From the NCBI GenBank assembly GCA_963675755.2, contig CAXXMD010000003.1, positions 64,001 through 128,000 of the forward strand: DNA of 64,000 nucleotides, read 5' to 3'. The notes below the pieces were generated by a model. The model did not search any database, was not told the DNA's origin, and saw nothing but the letters and a program-made list of their open reading frames with translations. This stretch comes from a bacterium (lineage in GTDB: Bacteria > Zhuqueibacterota > Zhuqueibacteria > Residuimicrobiales > Krinioviventaceae). How positions within the stretch are numbered: the first letter of the stretch is position 1; each line of letters begins with the position of its first letter. This document shows positions 1-9,736 of the stretch, in pieces. Position numbers and translations under genes: made by a program.

Positions 1-27
1 AACTAAATGAAAGGGAGACCGAATATC

Positions 28-1122
28 ATGCTAAAGGAATCGACAAGACCCACACTTTTAAAAATTTTGTATATACTATTATTTTCCCTGGCCGTATTCT
101 CATTTGTCAGTTGCAGCGACGATGATGATGATGACGATGATCTCGTTGGAGATTGGACAGAACTGTCTGATCTCGATGGAGTACCCCGGTCAGATGCTGT
201 TGCTTTTGTTATCGGCACAAAAGCTTATATTGGCACGGGTTATGACGGTGAAGATCGCCTCAAAGATTTTTGGGAATATGATTCTGACCTCAATTCATGG
301 ACCCGTATAGCGGATTTCCCTGGTACAGCGCGTAATGGTGCTGTCGCCTTTGCAACAGATTCAAAAGGTTACGTTGGTACAGGTTATGACGGTTCAGACA
401 AACTACAGGATTTTTATGAATACGATCCTTCAACAAATGAATGGACCCAAATAGCAGATTTTCCGGGTTCGGCAAGATATGGAGCGGTTGCTTTTGCTAT
501 TGACAATATAGGTTATGTAGGTACAGGTTACGATGACAATGTACTCAAAGATTTTTACAGCTATAATCCCGATGGTAACGAATGGACCAAAATCATCAGC
601 ATTGAAGGCGGCAAACGTAAAGATGCGGTAGCCTTTGTTATTGATGGTTTAGGTTATGTGTGTACAGGAATAGCAAATGGTTCATATGAAGATGATTTTT
701 GGGCATATGATCCCGAGGAAGGCAACTGGGTCAAAAAACGTGATATTTATGATGTCTCTGATAATGAATACGACGATGATTATACCAACATTATTGGCAC
801 CAACAAAGTTGCTTTTACTGTAAATGGCAAAGGTTATGTTGCTACCGGTGGTCTCAGCACAACCGGTACCGCTGTTTGGGAATATAATCCCGATACAGAT
901 TTATGGACTCAAAAAACCTCACTTGAAGCTTCCTCACGTCTCGATGCAGTTGGTTTTGCAATTGGTGATATTGGTTACGTAGCCACAGGTAAAGATGGCA
1001 GTGCTGAAGATGATGACTTTGACGACCTGTGGGGATTCAAACCCGGCGCTACACAGGTAGATCTGAATAAAATTATTGTTGTTGATAATAGCAGCAGTTC
1101 TCTGCTTATAGTCAATAATTAA
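28..1122 (+). CDS. Kelch-repeat beta-propeller lipoprotein
   Basis: Lipobox FVSC then poly-Asp; about six repeats of R.GAVAF.I..KGYVGTG.DG....DF.EYDP..N.W; GGGAG RBS before ATG 28 (ORF open from 7). Confidence 0.9.
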   Translation: MLKESTRPTLLKILYILLFSLAVFSFVSCSDDDDDDDDLVGDWTELSDLDGVPRSDAVAFVIGTKAYIGTGYDGEDRLKDFWEYDSDLNSWTRIADFPGTARNGAVAFATDSKGYVGTGYDGSDKLQDFYEYDPSTNEWTQIADFPGSARYGAVAFAIDNIGYVGTGYDDNVLKDFYSYNPDGNEWTKIISIEGGKRKDAVAFVIDGLGYVCTGIANGSYEDDFWAYDPEEGNWVKKRDIYDVSDNEYDDDYTNIIGTNKVAFTVNGKGYVATGGLSTTGTAVWEYNPDTDLWTQKTSLEASSRLDAVGFAIGDIGYVATGKDGSAEDDDFDDLWGFKPGATQVDLNKIIVVDNSSSSLLIVNN

Positions 1123-1132
1123 AATCAGTCAG

Positions 1133-1159
1133 GCCTGTGTGCAAACAATACACACAGGC
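1133..1159 (+). other. Intergenic stem-loop between Kelch and DUF4270 genes
   Basis: gcctgtgtg-caaacaata-cacacaggc perfect 9-bp stem with no adjacent T-run; possible mRNA stabiliser or weak terminator. Confidence 0.5.
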
Positions 1160-1207
1160 TCCCAGTTTCAGATCAAAAAAACCGATTCATTCTAAAATGA
1201 GACTTTT

Positions 1208-2530
1208 ATGAATATAAAGATAAAACAGGTACCCGGTTTTGCAGCGATGGTTTATATTCTGTATACCTTGATATTGTTTAGCTCCGGATTTTTCTTTTCC
1301 TGTTCCAAAGATTCGGATACTTCTATGGGTTCAGATTATGTCAATTCACAAACCGGGTACCAGTTGATTGACACATTGTCTGTAAACCTCTCCACAATCA
1401 TCATAGATACACTCGAGGCTTCCAGCTCGGGCAGCATTCTTTTGGGATACCATAGTGATGAAACTTTTGGAGATGTTTCATGCAGCAGTTTCTTTCAATT
1501 GGGAATTCCGGATACTTGTAACATAGAAACAACAGACACATATGATTCGCTTGCATTGGTGCTAACCTATAATAAATATGTTTATGGAGATACGACACTT
1601 GAACAGAAAATTTTGGTCCACCAATTAACCGAGGTCATAGATGAAGAAGACTCGCTAATTACCAATCAAACCACTTATGAGTATGATCCCAATCCTATTG
1701 GCTCAATTGTCTATACACCTTCTCCTAATAATCCTGTAGACACATTGGTAATCAGAATAGACGATGCAATTGGTCGTGATTTGTATACAAAAATCATTCA
1801 GGAAAACTCTATTGTTACAAACATAAATGATTTCATCGACTATTTTAAAGGGCTCACACTCATTGCAGACGATGCATACCGAGGATGTATAGTAGGATTT
1901 GAAGGCGATGTAGGTGAAGTCAAGCTATCGCTTTTCACTACCAGAAAGGCGTATGATACGGAACACTTGGTTCATGAGTTCAGTCTTTATAATGCATCAA
2001 AACAATTCAACCATATTACACATGATTTTAGTACAACACAATTGAGTGCACTGATTGATCAAAAAAACGCGCTTCCAAGTACTGAAACCCATGGTCTGGC
2101 GTATTTATATGGTGGAATTGGTCTTGCTATCCGGGTAGATTTCCCATCCTTGGGAGACATTCTCTACCTTGATCGCGGAAAGATACTGAAAGCAACACTC
2201 TCCCTTGCACCTCAAAAAGGAAGTTATAATGAATATGACCTGCCGTCACAGATCTATATTTATGAGGCAGATATTCTTAACAATTATGACTATACAGGCA
2301 ATCTTTATTCGTCTTATCAGTATTTAGACAATCTCTATCATGAGGAAACCTACTATTCTTTTGATTTAACCAGTTTTATCACTGACGAAGTATCCGACTC
2401 TTATATTGATCCTGACAGAGGGCTATTGGTTACCCTGCTGGCAGAAAACCTGATAGCACAGTTCGATCGATTGATCATTGATCAGGATAATAACAAAACA
2501 AACCTTAAAATCTATTATTTATCTTATTGA
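1208..2530 (+). CDS. DUF4270-like lipoprotein
   Basis: Lipobox FFSC; LLGYHSDETFG, YDSLALVL.Y..Y.YGDT, F..YFKGL.L motifs and C-terminal LKIYY typical of DUF4270 proteins. Confidence 0.7.
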   Translation: MNIKIKQVPGFAAMVYILYTLILFSSGFFFSCSKDSDTSMGSDYVNSQTGYQLIDTLSVNLSTIIIDTLEASSSGSILLGYHSDETFGDVSCSSFFQLGIPDTCNIETTDTYDSLALVLTYNKYVYGDTTLEQKILVHQLTEVIDEEDSLITNQTTYEYDPNPIGSIVYTPSPNNPVDTLVIRIDDAIGRDLYTKIIQENSIVTNINDFIDYFKGLTLIADDAYRGCIVGFEGDVGEVKLSLFTTRKAYDTEHLVHEFSLYNASKQFNHITHDFSTTQLSALIDQKNALPSTETHGLAYLYGGIGLAIRVDFPSLGDILYLDRGKILKATLSLAPQKGSYNEYDLPSQIYIYEADILNNYDYTGNLYSSYQYLDNLYHEETYYSFDLTSFITDEVSDSYIDPDRGLLVTLLAENLIAQFDRLIIDQDNNKTNLKIYYLSY

Positions 2531-2536
2531 GATATA

Positions 2537-3772
2537 ATGAAAATGATGAAAAAATTGATACCGATATGTTTATTCGTAATTCTGTTACTACCTGTTACAT
2601 CCAAAGCCCAATCTAAAAACTCTGTCTATTCCATGTTTGGAGTTGGGCAGATCATAGATAACAGCTTTGGTATTAACAAATCCCTTGGCGGTACGGGTAT
2701 TGCTTTTCAATCCGGCAGGACCATCAACCATATGAATCCGGCAGGTTATCTGGGTATTCTGCCTAGCTCATTCATGATGGAAACCGGCGCTTATGGGATC
2801 TATAATCAATATGAAAGCGACAATGAAACCAAAAGTAGTGGAAATATTAACGCAAGTTACTTTGCCGCAGCCTTGTACATGAAAAACTGGTGGGCAATGA
2901 GTTTTGGAATTACCCCATTCAGTTATGTTGATTATGAAATATATACCACTACCAATATGCAAGGGGAAAGTAGTGCCATTACACAAAAGTTCACCGGTTC
3001 AGGAAGTCTAAACCGTGCTTACTGGGGAAACTCTTTCAAAATATACAAAGGACTTGCAGCTGGTTTTAATGCGAGTTATATCTTTGGCCCCATTGAACAA
3101 TCAGAAATCGCTGAAAGTGGCACCAGCTTTACCGGCTACGAACTTGCTAACAAGCGCACAGTTTATGGTTTTTATTCGGATTATGGTTTGCAATATTGTC
3201 ATGAAATAAATAACTGGCTTTACTCAATGGGTATGGTATTCGGATTGGGTAAAGACCTGAATGCTATTGATAACATGGAACTCACTTATGAAGATGAAAC
3301 CATAACCATTGAAGAAGATGAAGACGTAAAACTCACCATTCCGGCAAAATTTGGCTTGGGAATTTCAGTCAGGAACAGCGGCGGTTTTAGAGCAGGTTTT
3401 GATTATCAATGGAAAAACTGGTCTGCAATTGATTTGTCAGACAAAGATTATAAAGTCCAGGACAGTAATCGTTATTCAGTCGGCATAGAATATTCTCCTT
3501 ATAAAACTTTGAAAGACAATCTTTTCAAAAGGCTCGTTTATCGCGTAGGTGCCAATTATAAAAACACATATTTACAGGTAGACAATACAGAGGTCAATTC
3601 TGCGGCTGTAAACGTAGGAATTGGAATTCCCTGGAACCGAATCAACATTCTCAATCTTGCTCTGGAGTATGGTCAGGAAGGCACTCTGAACCGTGGGATG
3701 ATCAAAGACAATTACTTTCAAGTATACCTCAACCTCACCATCCACGATTTTTGGAATGTTCGCAAAAGATAA
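2537..3772 (+). CDS. Outer-membrane beta-barrel, FadL/TodX-like (aromatic hydrocarbon/long-chain fatty acid transporter family)
   Basis: Signal peptide; N-terminal SVYSMFGVG...SLGGTGIA...NPA motif; amphipathic strands; C-terminal LEYGQEGT...IKDNYF.V.LNLT..DFW. Confidence 0.75.
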   Translation: MKMMKKLIPICLFVILLLPVTSKAQSKNSVYSMFGVGQIIDNSFGINKSLGGTGIAFQSGRTINHMNPAGYLGILPSSFMMETGAYGIYNQYESDNETKSSGNINASYFAAALYMKNWWAMSFGITPFSYVDYEIYTTTNMQGESSAITQKFTGSGSLNRAYWGNSFKIYKGLAAGFNASYIFGPIEQSEIAESGTSFTGYELANKRTVYGFYSDYGLQYCHEINNWLYSMGMVFGLGKDLNAIDNMELTYEDETITIEEDEDVKLTIPAKFGLGISVRNSGGFRAGFDYQWKNWSAIDLSDKDYKVQDSNRYSVGIEYSPYKTLKDNLFKRLVYRVGANYKNTYLQVDNTEVNSAAVNVGIGIPWNRINILNLALEYGQEGTLNRGMIKDNYFQVYLNLTIHDFWNVRKR

Positions 3773-3813
3773 TAAAAAAAGGGATTGAGCAAAACTTACT
3801 CAATCCCTTTTTT
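3773..3813. terminator. Bidirectional intrinsic terminator
   Basis: A-run + gggattgag-caaaactta-ctcaatccc + T-run between convergent genes. Confidence 0.85.
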
Positions 3814-3835
3814 AACAAATGCACTAAACTAGAAA

Positions 3836-4201
3836 TCAATTTATAGGTAACATTCTAATTCTATACTTGTTGTCATCAATGCTTACAATCGCACCTTTTT
3901 CTAAAAATTCTTTTGAGGAATCTAAAACAAATAATAATCGTCCATTTACATTTTCTGGTTTAGCATTAGATAAACGCAATAAAATCACACTTGGCAGTTT
4001 CTTTCCTGATGCGGCCATCAAGTCCGTAAAATCAAGGTCAAACGTTAAAACGGCTCTATTTTCTTTTATGGCAATATCAAGAATTTCAGTATCAGTAGCT
4101 TTATGCAATCCTCTATCACGGACATGTAAAACATCATAATCATGATCACGTAAAAAGTTTACTGTACTTGAAGATATACACATATCGGCAAGAAATTTCA
4201 A
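3836..4201 (-). CDS. DUF5615 PIN-like toxin (VapC45-like)
   Basis: MKFLADMCIS...D.EI...A..E.R.VLTFDLDF motif; ATGA overlap with upstream DUF433 gene. Confidence 0.85.
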   Translation of the reverse strand: MKFLADMCISSSTVNFLRDHDYDVLHVRDRGLHKATDTEILDIAIKENRAVLTFDLDFTDLMAASGKKLPSVILLRLSNAKPENVNGRLLFVLDSSKEFLEKGAIVSIDDNKYRIRMLPIN

Positions 4202-4434
4202 ACCGTAGCCTCGGGTGTAGTGATAATTTCATCCATAGCTAAATAAGCTGCATATTTTAGACATTGTTGAATATCAAGTTGGTTCAAATCAGGATATTCA
4301 CGCATTATATCTTCATTCGTCAAACCATTTGCCATCAAATTCAATACCATAGATACAGTAATTCGCATTCCCCTTATACACGCTTTTCCCCCCATAATAT
4401 GTTTATTGAATGTTATTCTATCCAAAGAGTTCAT
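4198..4434 (-). CDS. DUF433 antitoxin (VapB45-like)
   Basis: RIT....IMGGKACIRGMRITV..VL...A.G....DI..EYP.L...DI..CL.YAA signature; GGAG RBS before ATG 4434. Confidence 0.9.
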   Translation of the reverse strand: MNSLDRITFNKHIMGGKACIRGMRITVSMVLNLMANGLTNEDIMREYPDLNQLDIQQCLKYAAYLAMDEIITTPEATV

Positions 4435-4509
4435 TACATATCTCCACAACTTGTTTACTGTAACATAAAAGTTATATCAGATAATGTCAATATTTTTCTA
4501 AACAGGTCA

Positions 4510-5781
4510 TTAAATCTTTCCACAGCACTTTTTATATTTCTTTCCGCTGCCACAGGGACAGGGATCATTACGTCCTACGTCGGCATGATCTTTACGTATA
4601 GTTTTTGTCTTTTGCGGTTCCTTCATTCCCCGTTCAATCATCCATGCATCCGCCATTTCACGTAATTTTGTATCCGCATGTTCGAAAAACATTTTATATG
4701 ATTGGCAAAACTGATTTGATCCACCGGTTTCAGGATTCCCGGACCGGTCTTTGGGGCACCCGCCATAACAGTGATTCAACCATTTACACGTTTCACACTC
4801 GCGGGGTCGTTTCAACTTTTCTGCGCCAAACATATTTTGTAATGGAGAGTTGAGCAAATCACCCAGGTTATCATCCTTAATTGTACCCAATTTCCATTCC
4901 GGATCTACAAAAAAATCACAGGAATAGACATCACCATTGTGCTCTATAACGGTATATATTCCACATTCTTTTAGCAGGGTACATTCAGGAGCATCATAGC
5001 CAACATAGGTGTAAAATAATGAATCAAACCATCTCACCGATGTAGTGGGCATGCCCATCCTAAAATCACCTTGCCATAAATCAAAAATATTGCATAAAAA
5101 ATCACCAAAAGCCTCGGGCGTTACTGTATAAGGTGCCGCTTTCCTCGGATTCAAGGGATCGGGTTCAACACAGGGTATAAACTGCATGTGAGAAAGACCA
5201 CCTTTTTTGTGAAAATCATATATCTCTTCCGGATACTGAACAGAATAGTCATTCACAACTACGAGCGCATTTACCTCGGTCCCTACTTCCAGCATGATAT
5301 CCCGAGCCTTAACAACACGATCCCAGCTTGATTTACCACTGGGAAACTTGCGGTACTGGTCATGTATATGCTGTGGACCATCAAGTGATAAACCTACCAG
5401 AAACTGTGCGTCTTTGAGAAACCGGGCCCACTCTTCATTGATTAATACACCATTGGTTTGCAGCCCGTTTCCAACTACCTGCCCTTGCCTGCCATATTTA
5501 CGCTGATATTCAACAGCTTTTTGATAAAATTCCAACCCCATCAATGTGGGTTCTCCACCCTGCCATCCAAAAGAAACACTTTGTCCACCCTGCTGCATAA
5601 TCTGACGAACCATTTCTTTCAATGTCTCATCCGACATGCGATGTACCTTTTGAGCTGAAAACATATCAGCCTTTTCAAGATAAAAGCAATACGTACACCC
5701 CAGGTTACAATCGGGACCAGCGGGTTTAACAAGTACAGAACTCAGTGTCTTTTTCATAATGGGCCTTGGTGATTTATTCAA
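4510..5781 (-). CDS. Anaerobic sulfatase maturase (radical SAM/SPASM) with C-terminal SEC-C motif
   Basis: [16 protein letters not shown] (CxxxCxxC), [13 protein letters not shown] Cys clusters (C..C..C.GGCPK), terminal [19 protein letters not shown]. Confidence 0.92.
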   Translation of the reverse strand: MNKSPRPIMKKTLSSVLVKPAGPDCNLGCTYCFYLEKADMFSAQKVHRMSDETLKEMVRQIMQQGGQSVSFGWQGGEPTLMGLEFYQKAVEYQRKYGRQGQVVGNGLQTNGVLINEEWARFLKDAQFLVGLSLDGPQHIHDQYRKFPSGKSSWDRVVKARDIMLEVGTEVNALVVVNDYSVQYPEEIYDFHKKGGLSHMQFIPCVEPDPLNPRKAAPYTVTPEAFGDFLCNIFDLWQGDFRMGMPTTSVRWFDSLFYTYVGYDAPECTLLKECGIYTVIEHNGDVYSCDFFVDPEWKLGTIKDDNLGDLLNSPLQNMFGAEKLKRPRECETCKWLNHCYGGCPKDRSGNPETGGSNQFCQSYKMFFEHADTKLREMADAWMIERGMKEPQKTKTIRKDHADVGRNDPCPCGSGKKYKKCCGKI

Positions 5782-6937
5782 AATGTGATTTAAAATTCTC
5801 TAACAGTTTGTTTAAAACCAATATACCTTGTTCTAATTGAGCGGTTTCAATAAATTCGTCTTCGGTATGGGCCTGCTGCATATCTCCTACACCCCATAAC
5901 AATGTGTCATAACCGGCACCACTAAACTGCCCGGCATCAGAATACCAGGGTGCGGTTCGTAACACGTGCTCAATATCCATAGCATTCAAAGTTTCCTGCA
6001 TCAATGGCAGTAACCGGGAATCCTCTTTTAATGCAAAAGGCGGATATATCAGTAATTCCTTGTACTGCGCACCTTTGACAGTATTGATAAAATTCAACAG
6101 ACTGCTTTTATATCCCTCAATATCCGATCCCGGGCCGTAACGACAATCCACTGTCACTTCGCAGCTATTGGGAATGATATTAATAGCATCTCCTCCTTTA
6201 ACCAGTGTCATACTCAATGCGTTCCCATCGGTACTTTCAATAACGGGTTTCAAATCGGATTTCAAAAAATGCATAACATCTGCCATAATATCAATTGCAT
6301 TGATTCCCAAGTGAGGCGTTGAAGAGTGACAGGATTTTCCGGTTGTCTGGATTTGAAATCGCCATGTTCCATTATGACCGGTAACAATATCCATATTGGT
6401 GGGTTCTCCGGACAGCACCATATCCAATGGTATGGGTCTTCTAACCAAATCCTTTGCGCCAAAAGTACCGCCTTCTTCTCCCATGGTAGCCAAAAAGATC
6501 AGGTTAAAGGGTAAATCCTCATACTGGTGTTTTTTAAACCAGTTTAACATTGCAGTAATCATTACAGCCATAGTACCTTTGACATCTGTCGCACCACGTC
6601 CGTACAAGCGTCCATCACGGATCTCGGCGCCAAATGGAGATATTGTCATACCCTCGGTACTGACCGTATCCAAATGCGCTTCAAAAGCAAGTGTAGGTAA
6701 ACCCGGAACAAAAGTCTGGTGTCGGGCCATCATATTGGAGCGGTTCCCGTCAACAGGGAACAAGTTGACTTGAAAATCAAAATTCTCAAAATATTGTTTC
6801 AGCCATTGTGCTAAAAATGCCTCACCCATTCCCGTTTCACCATGGTCAGCGGTTGGGACTGAATTAATTTTAACAAGCTCTACAGCAAGATCAACAACAT
6901 TTAATATTTCATGATAAATGCACAAACATCTGGCCAT
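5774..6937 (-). CDS. M20 family metallopeptidase/deacylase (ArgE/DapE-like)
   Basis: [23 protein letters not shown]...HSS.P..G.NAI and AHT.DE motifs. Confidence 0.88.
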   Translation of the reverse strand: MARCLCIYHEILNVVDLAVELVKINSVPTADHGETGMGEAFLAQWLKQYFENFDFQVNLFPVDGNRSNMMARHQTFVPGLPTLAFEAHLDTVSTEGMTISPFGAEIRDGRLYGRGATDVKGTMAVMITAMLNWFKKHQYEDLPFNLIFLATMGEEGGTFGAKDLVRRPIPLDMVLSGEPTNMDIVTGHNGTWRFQIQTTGKSCHSSTPHLGINAIDIMADVMHFLKSDLKPVIESTDGNALSMTLVKGGDAINIIPNSCEVTVDCRYGPGSDIEGYKSSLLNFINTVKGAQYKELLIYPPFALKEDSRLLPLMQETLNAMDIEHVLRTAPWYSDAGQFSGAGYDTLLWGVGDMQQAHTEDEFIETAQLEQGILVLNKLLENFKSHFE

Positions 6938-6969
6938 TTATTGCGTTCTTTCCTTAAAATGTAAAATAA

Positions 6970-9180
6970 TTATTTTCGCAGTATCATACCGCTTGAAGGT
7001 GGAATTGTCAGAGATTTTACCTTGATGTCACAAATAGGTTGGGTGCCCGCGTATTCATGATCTACAACAAGACACCAGGCGCCTTTTGGAAGATCAACAG
7101 CAATGCTTTTTTGTGTATTACCATTAAGATATACCAAAAAATCATTCGTATCACCGGTTTCTGCCTTGTTGAACATGCAACTTATAAACAAGGGATCAGG
7201 ATGTTCAAAGAACTCGATATTCGATTCATCGCTTTTCCGAAATACAGGGTGCTCATGTCTCAGGCTTATCAGACCTTTATAATAATCTACAAGCTCCCGA
7301 TTAATATCTGCATGTTCAAAATTGATCCAGTTGGTTTCATTGTCCTTGTTATAGCTGTTGTGATCAATCCTGCCCATATGACTGTCCGGTACAAGCGTGG
7401 GTGCGATAACCTTACTGCGTGCAAATTCTTGTCCCTCGCTGATCATCACCGGCCCCTGACATATCATAAGGATCAAAGCACCAAACTTGTTCAATGTCAG
7501 TTGTTCAGGTGTCAATAAAACCTGGTTTGGTGTACCTGCAACTACTTTATCATAAAATGCCTGACGTAACCCCAGCCTTACAAAATCACCAAAAGAGTGG
7601 TCATCATGAGATTCAAGATAATTAACTGAATGACGTTTATCCTGAAACAAACCGCCATCGTTAACAAGATTGCCGGTTATATATCGCTGTATGGTATTTT
7701 TATTATTAAATTCAAAATAATGTCCAAAAATGTATCCCAAGCCATTATCCGGATTTTGGCCTTTTACACCATTTCTCACCTGATCGTTCCAGGCAGCCCA
7801 GCCATGTTCAGAAAACTCGGCAGGATTGTAATACCCGCCACCCCAGGGCTCAGCGATCAAATGCACATTCGGATTTATTTTCTTTGCTTCCTCACGGATC
7901 AAATCCACAGTTTCCATATCAATCATGGCCGCCAGATCGAATCTAAATCCATCAATATGATATTCACGCATCCAATACTTTATACAGTCCACAATCATTT
8001 TGCGTGACATGGCGCGTTCTGTCTTGAAATCATTACCACAGCCGCTTGCCGAACAATAGCTATTATCATCATTCAACCGGAAATAATACTGTTTATCAAT
8101 ATGCTTGAATGGATTACGATCATATTGTGAGACATGATTAAAAACTACATCCAGAATAACTGCAATACCGCCTTTATGGCATGCTTTCACAACCTCTTTA
8201 AGCTCGGAAACCTGTTTACCATCTAATCCATTAACGTTGCCTTCAATCATGGTTCCATCGGTAGTATAATACGATTCAGGAGCAAAAAAATAAGAGGTCA
8301 TATACCCCCAGTGATTGCGGGCATAGGGATTCCAGGTATTGGTACTACCGTTTAAATTCTTGCCATAAGGGTGTTCCATATTACCAAACTCTTGTAATGG
8401 CAAAAATTCAACTGCATTCATACCCAAAGACTTTACATACTCTAATCCACCCTTGATTCCGGATTGAATAAATCCTTCATAACTGCCTTTCAATTTTTCA
8501 TCTACACCAGAGCTTTTGTGTGCGGTCATGTCCCGCAGGTGGCATTCATAGATCAATAAATCTTCCGGAGCAATAGAAACAGGTTTATCGTTTTCCCAAT
8601 CAAATCCATCTGTTTCCATAATCAGTGTTTTGCCGGGATGTAAATACTCATTCCGTGTTGCTACAACCTTGCTATACGGATCACAAATCAGAGTGTTTGC
8701 ATCAAAATATTCCATTCCGTCAACCGGCCGGTCCAGTTTATATCCATAAAAATAGCCTAAATAGTTACCCGGCAAACGGACTTCCCAAACGCCATCGCTT
8801 TGACGATGCATTTCATGCACTGTACCTTTTTGCTGTTCAAATGTTTCAAACAGCTCGAGTTTTACCCATTTTGCACGTGGTGCAAATACTCGAAAAAAAG
8901 TTTCACGATGGTCCCAAAAGCATCCCAATTCGCTGGCAGAGTAAAACCGGTCTAGAACATCACCGGTTTCCACCAATATTTGATTACCTTTGAATTTTAA
9001 TTTATATGTTGTTGCTAAATTTATTGATTCAGTACGTAAAACAATTGCATTATCACGGTTCTCAATTGAAAATATTTTCAAACCCGGAGTGAAAACAAAA
9101 TCCTGTACTTTACACTCGGGTATTTCATCAGCAAAATAAATCCATATTTGGTCAAATTCTTGTATTTTGGCAGTAATCAC
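6970..9180 (-). CDS. pulA: GH13 pullulanase/glycogen-debranching enzyme with CBM48, no signal peptide
   Basis: FRVFAP, DPYSK, IYECHLRD, DVVFNH, GFRFDL (nucleophile), AEPW (acid/base), ESHDD; GTG start. Confidence 0.82.
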   Translation of the reverse strand: MITAKIQEFDQIWIYFADEIPECKVQDFVFTPGLKIFSIENRDNAIVLRTESINLATTYKLKFKGNQILVETGDVLDRFYSASELGCFWDHRETFFRVFAPRAKWVKLELFETFEQQKGTVHEMHRQSDGVWEVRLPGNYLGYFYGYKLDRPVDGMEYFDANTLICDPYSKVVATRNEYLHPGKTLIMETDGFDWENDKPVSIAPEDLLIYECHLRDMTAHKSSGVDEKLKGSYEGFIQSGIKGGLEYVKSLGMNAVEFLPLQEFGNMEHPYGKNLNGSTNTWNPYARNHWGYMTSYFFAPESYYTTDGTMIEGNVNGLDGKQVSELKEVVKACHKGGIAVILDVVFNHVSQYDRNPFKHIDKQYYFRLNDDNSYCSASGCGNDFKTERAMSRKMIVDCIKYWMREYHIDGFRFDLAAMIDMETVDLIREEAKKINPNVHLIAEPWGGGYYNPAEFSEHGWAAWNDQVRNGVKGQNPDNGLGYIFGHYFEFNNKNTIQRYITGNLVNDGGLFQDKRHSVNYLESHDDHSFGDFVRLGLRQAFYDKVVAGTPNQVLLTPEQLTLNKFGALILMICQGPVMISEGQEFARSKVIAPTLVPDSHMGRIDHNSYNKDNETNWINFEHADINRELVDYYKGLISLRHEHPVFRKSDESNIEFFEHPDPLFISCMFNKAETGDTNDFLVYLNGNTQKSIAVDLPKGAWCLVVDHEYAGTQPICDIKVKSLTIPPSSGMILRK

Positions 9181-9282
9181 TCGCTATTTCTTTCTCTTAA
9201 TCGATTTCAAATATTGAAACTCTGAAAAACACACTTCAAATCTGTAATTCCAAATGTAATCAATTTCAAATCTAAATGCAAT

Positions 9283-9723
9283 CTACTTGATTGCCTGTCC
9301 ATAAGTTGTTTTACTATTTTCAGCAAACAACTCGTAATCGCTTAACAATAAAAGATCTATTTTTTCTATAAGCAAAAATCTTTCCAAAAGTTTTTTACCC
9401 AGGTCCCATGCATTAGCCTCAAAAGCGACTTTATGCTCTCCTTTATCAATAGCTAACATTTTATTAAATTCAGCCAGATTATCATCTTTTTTGTACGCCA
9501 ACCATTGTAAAACATGGCCTGCTTCATGGAAAAGAAAAAACAGAACATTACTCAAATCAGAACTGTCAGTGTCATAATACACAACAATAGAATGAAATGG
9601 ATTATTGGGCGGATAATACCAGGCTGTATTTTTTTGTACCGGCACCAATTGGATTGATAAATCAGGAATTTCATCCCAGCATAAAAACGCCTTTGCCGAT
9701 TTTAATGTAGAAAATGAGACCAT
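9283..9723 (-). CDS. Hypothetical protein with HExxH (zincin-like) motif
   Basis: LFHEAGH and downstream E.NAW; ATG 9723 avoids overlap with upstream gene. Confidence 0.6.
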   Translation of the reverse strand: MVSFSTLKSAKAFLCWDEIPDLSIQLVPVQKNTAWYYPPNNPFHSIVVYYDTDSSDLSNVLFFLFHEAGHVLQWLAYKKDDNLAEFNKMLAIDKGEHKVAFEANAWDLGKKLLERFLLIEKIDLLLLSDYELFAENSKTTYGQAIK

Positions 9724-9736
9724 TGCACCATCCTGA

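Noticed and set aside
117-141. (GAT)n tract as a phase-variation switch
   Set aside because: In-frame triplet encoding poly-Asp and interrupted by GAC; length change would not shift frame
9190-9282. Loose ttcaaa/tccaaa repeats between genes
   Set aside because: Too short and degenerate in AT-rich DNA to support a call
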